This document shows, piece by piece, positions 63,644 through 64,000 of a stretch of DNA of 64,000 bases. Within the stretch, counting starts at the first letter, position 1, and every line of letters starts with the position of its first letter. Under the pieces are notes generated by a model. The model was not told the DNA's origin. It worked only from the letters and a program-made list of their open reading frames with translations, and ran no database searches. The position numbers and the translations under genes were made by a program. Origin of the DNA: Hypanus sabinus (Eukaryota). The DNA is taken from the NCBI RefSeq assembly GCF_030144855.1, contig NC_082725.1, positions 17,732,001 to 17,796,000 on the forward strand, given 5' to 3'.

Positions 63644-64000
63644 GCTATGTCCACACTACACCGGATAAATCCGTAACTGAAGCTTTTCCTCTTCGTTTTT
63701 ACCCTCCGTCCACACTAAAACTGCGTTTTCGTCCCCTGAAACCGGAGAGTTTCAGAAACACTCTCCAGATTGGCCAGAGCAGTGTGGATGAGGTAACCGG
63801 AGAAATCTAAAAACGCTGTTGTGATGTGCCAGAACAGATGATGACGGCAGCGCGCCACTTCATTGTTTTCCTGAACGCAACCTAACAATTTCAGAACAGA
63901 CGGCAACGAGACTGAAGCCAGAAGAGTTAGAAATGAACTAACCAAATACTCTGACCCATAACTTACTGAATAACTAAGTATACTCACTTTGCCCTATTTT
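63644..64000. mobile_element. PIF/Harbinger-like DNA element, left end
   Basis: TAA then GGCTATGTCCACACTA terminus, internal GTCCACACTA repeat and AGTGTGGA inverted motif; CpG-rich. Confidence 0.55.

Noticed and set aside
1-64000. Prokaryotic systems (operons, CRISPR arrays, defence islands)
   Set aside because: Low coding density and vertebrate retroelements throughout; no regularly spaced repeat-spacer array seen
1-64000. Most 60-130 aa ORFs in the supplied track as genes
   Set aside because: They are chance frames, or antisense/alternative frames of LINE, SINE, Penelope and MITE relics

Overview
AT-rich vertebrate genomic DNA, most likely a cartilaginous fish (ray/shark-like, inferred only from the repeat repertoire). 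It is intronic or intergenic and dominated by transposable elements, and I could not identify a host gene with confidence. Main content: one near full-length, lightly mutated CR1 LINE (about 56275-60762; zinc-finger/coiled-coil/SGNH-esterase ORF1 plus APE-RT ORF2) and many CR1 fragments; Rex1/Babar-type LINE fragments; a 5'-truncated L1/Tx1-type insertion with a 16-bp TSD; Penelope-like (GIY-YIG) elements and about 15 short repeats derived from minimal hammerhead ribozymes; V-SINE/HE1-like tRNA SINEs; Ty3/gypsy remnants and a solo LTR; Tigger/pogo, Tc1, hAT and Harbinger DNA-transposon relics; a tRNA-Lys(UUU) pseudogene; a (GA)n microsatellite; and a 139-N gap. The most notable signal is an in-phase U_UUA_AAC slippery heptamer immediately before the CR1 ORF1 stop, with ORF2 open in the -1 frame. 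The motif recurs in other CR1 subfamilies in the window, suggesting programmed -1 frameshifting to an ORF1-ORF2 fusion. Other highlights are the hammerhead-bearing short retroposons with TSDs, tandem ETS/YY1/NRF1/TATA promoter monomers at the CR1 5' end, and an old inverted segmental duplication that preserves an empty insertion site. Boundaries of degenerate repeats are approximate.
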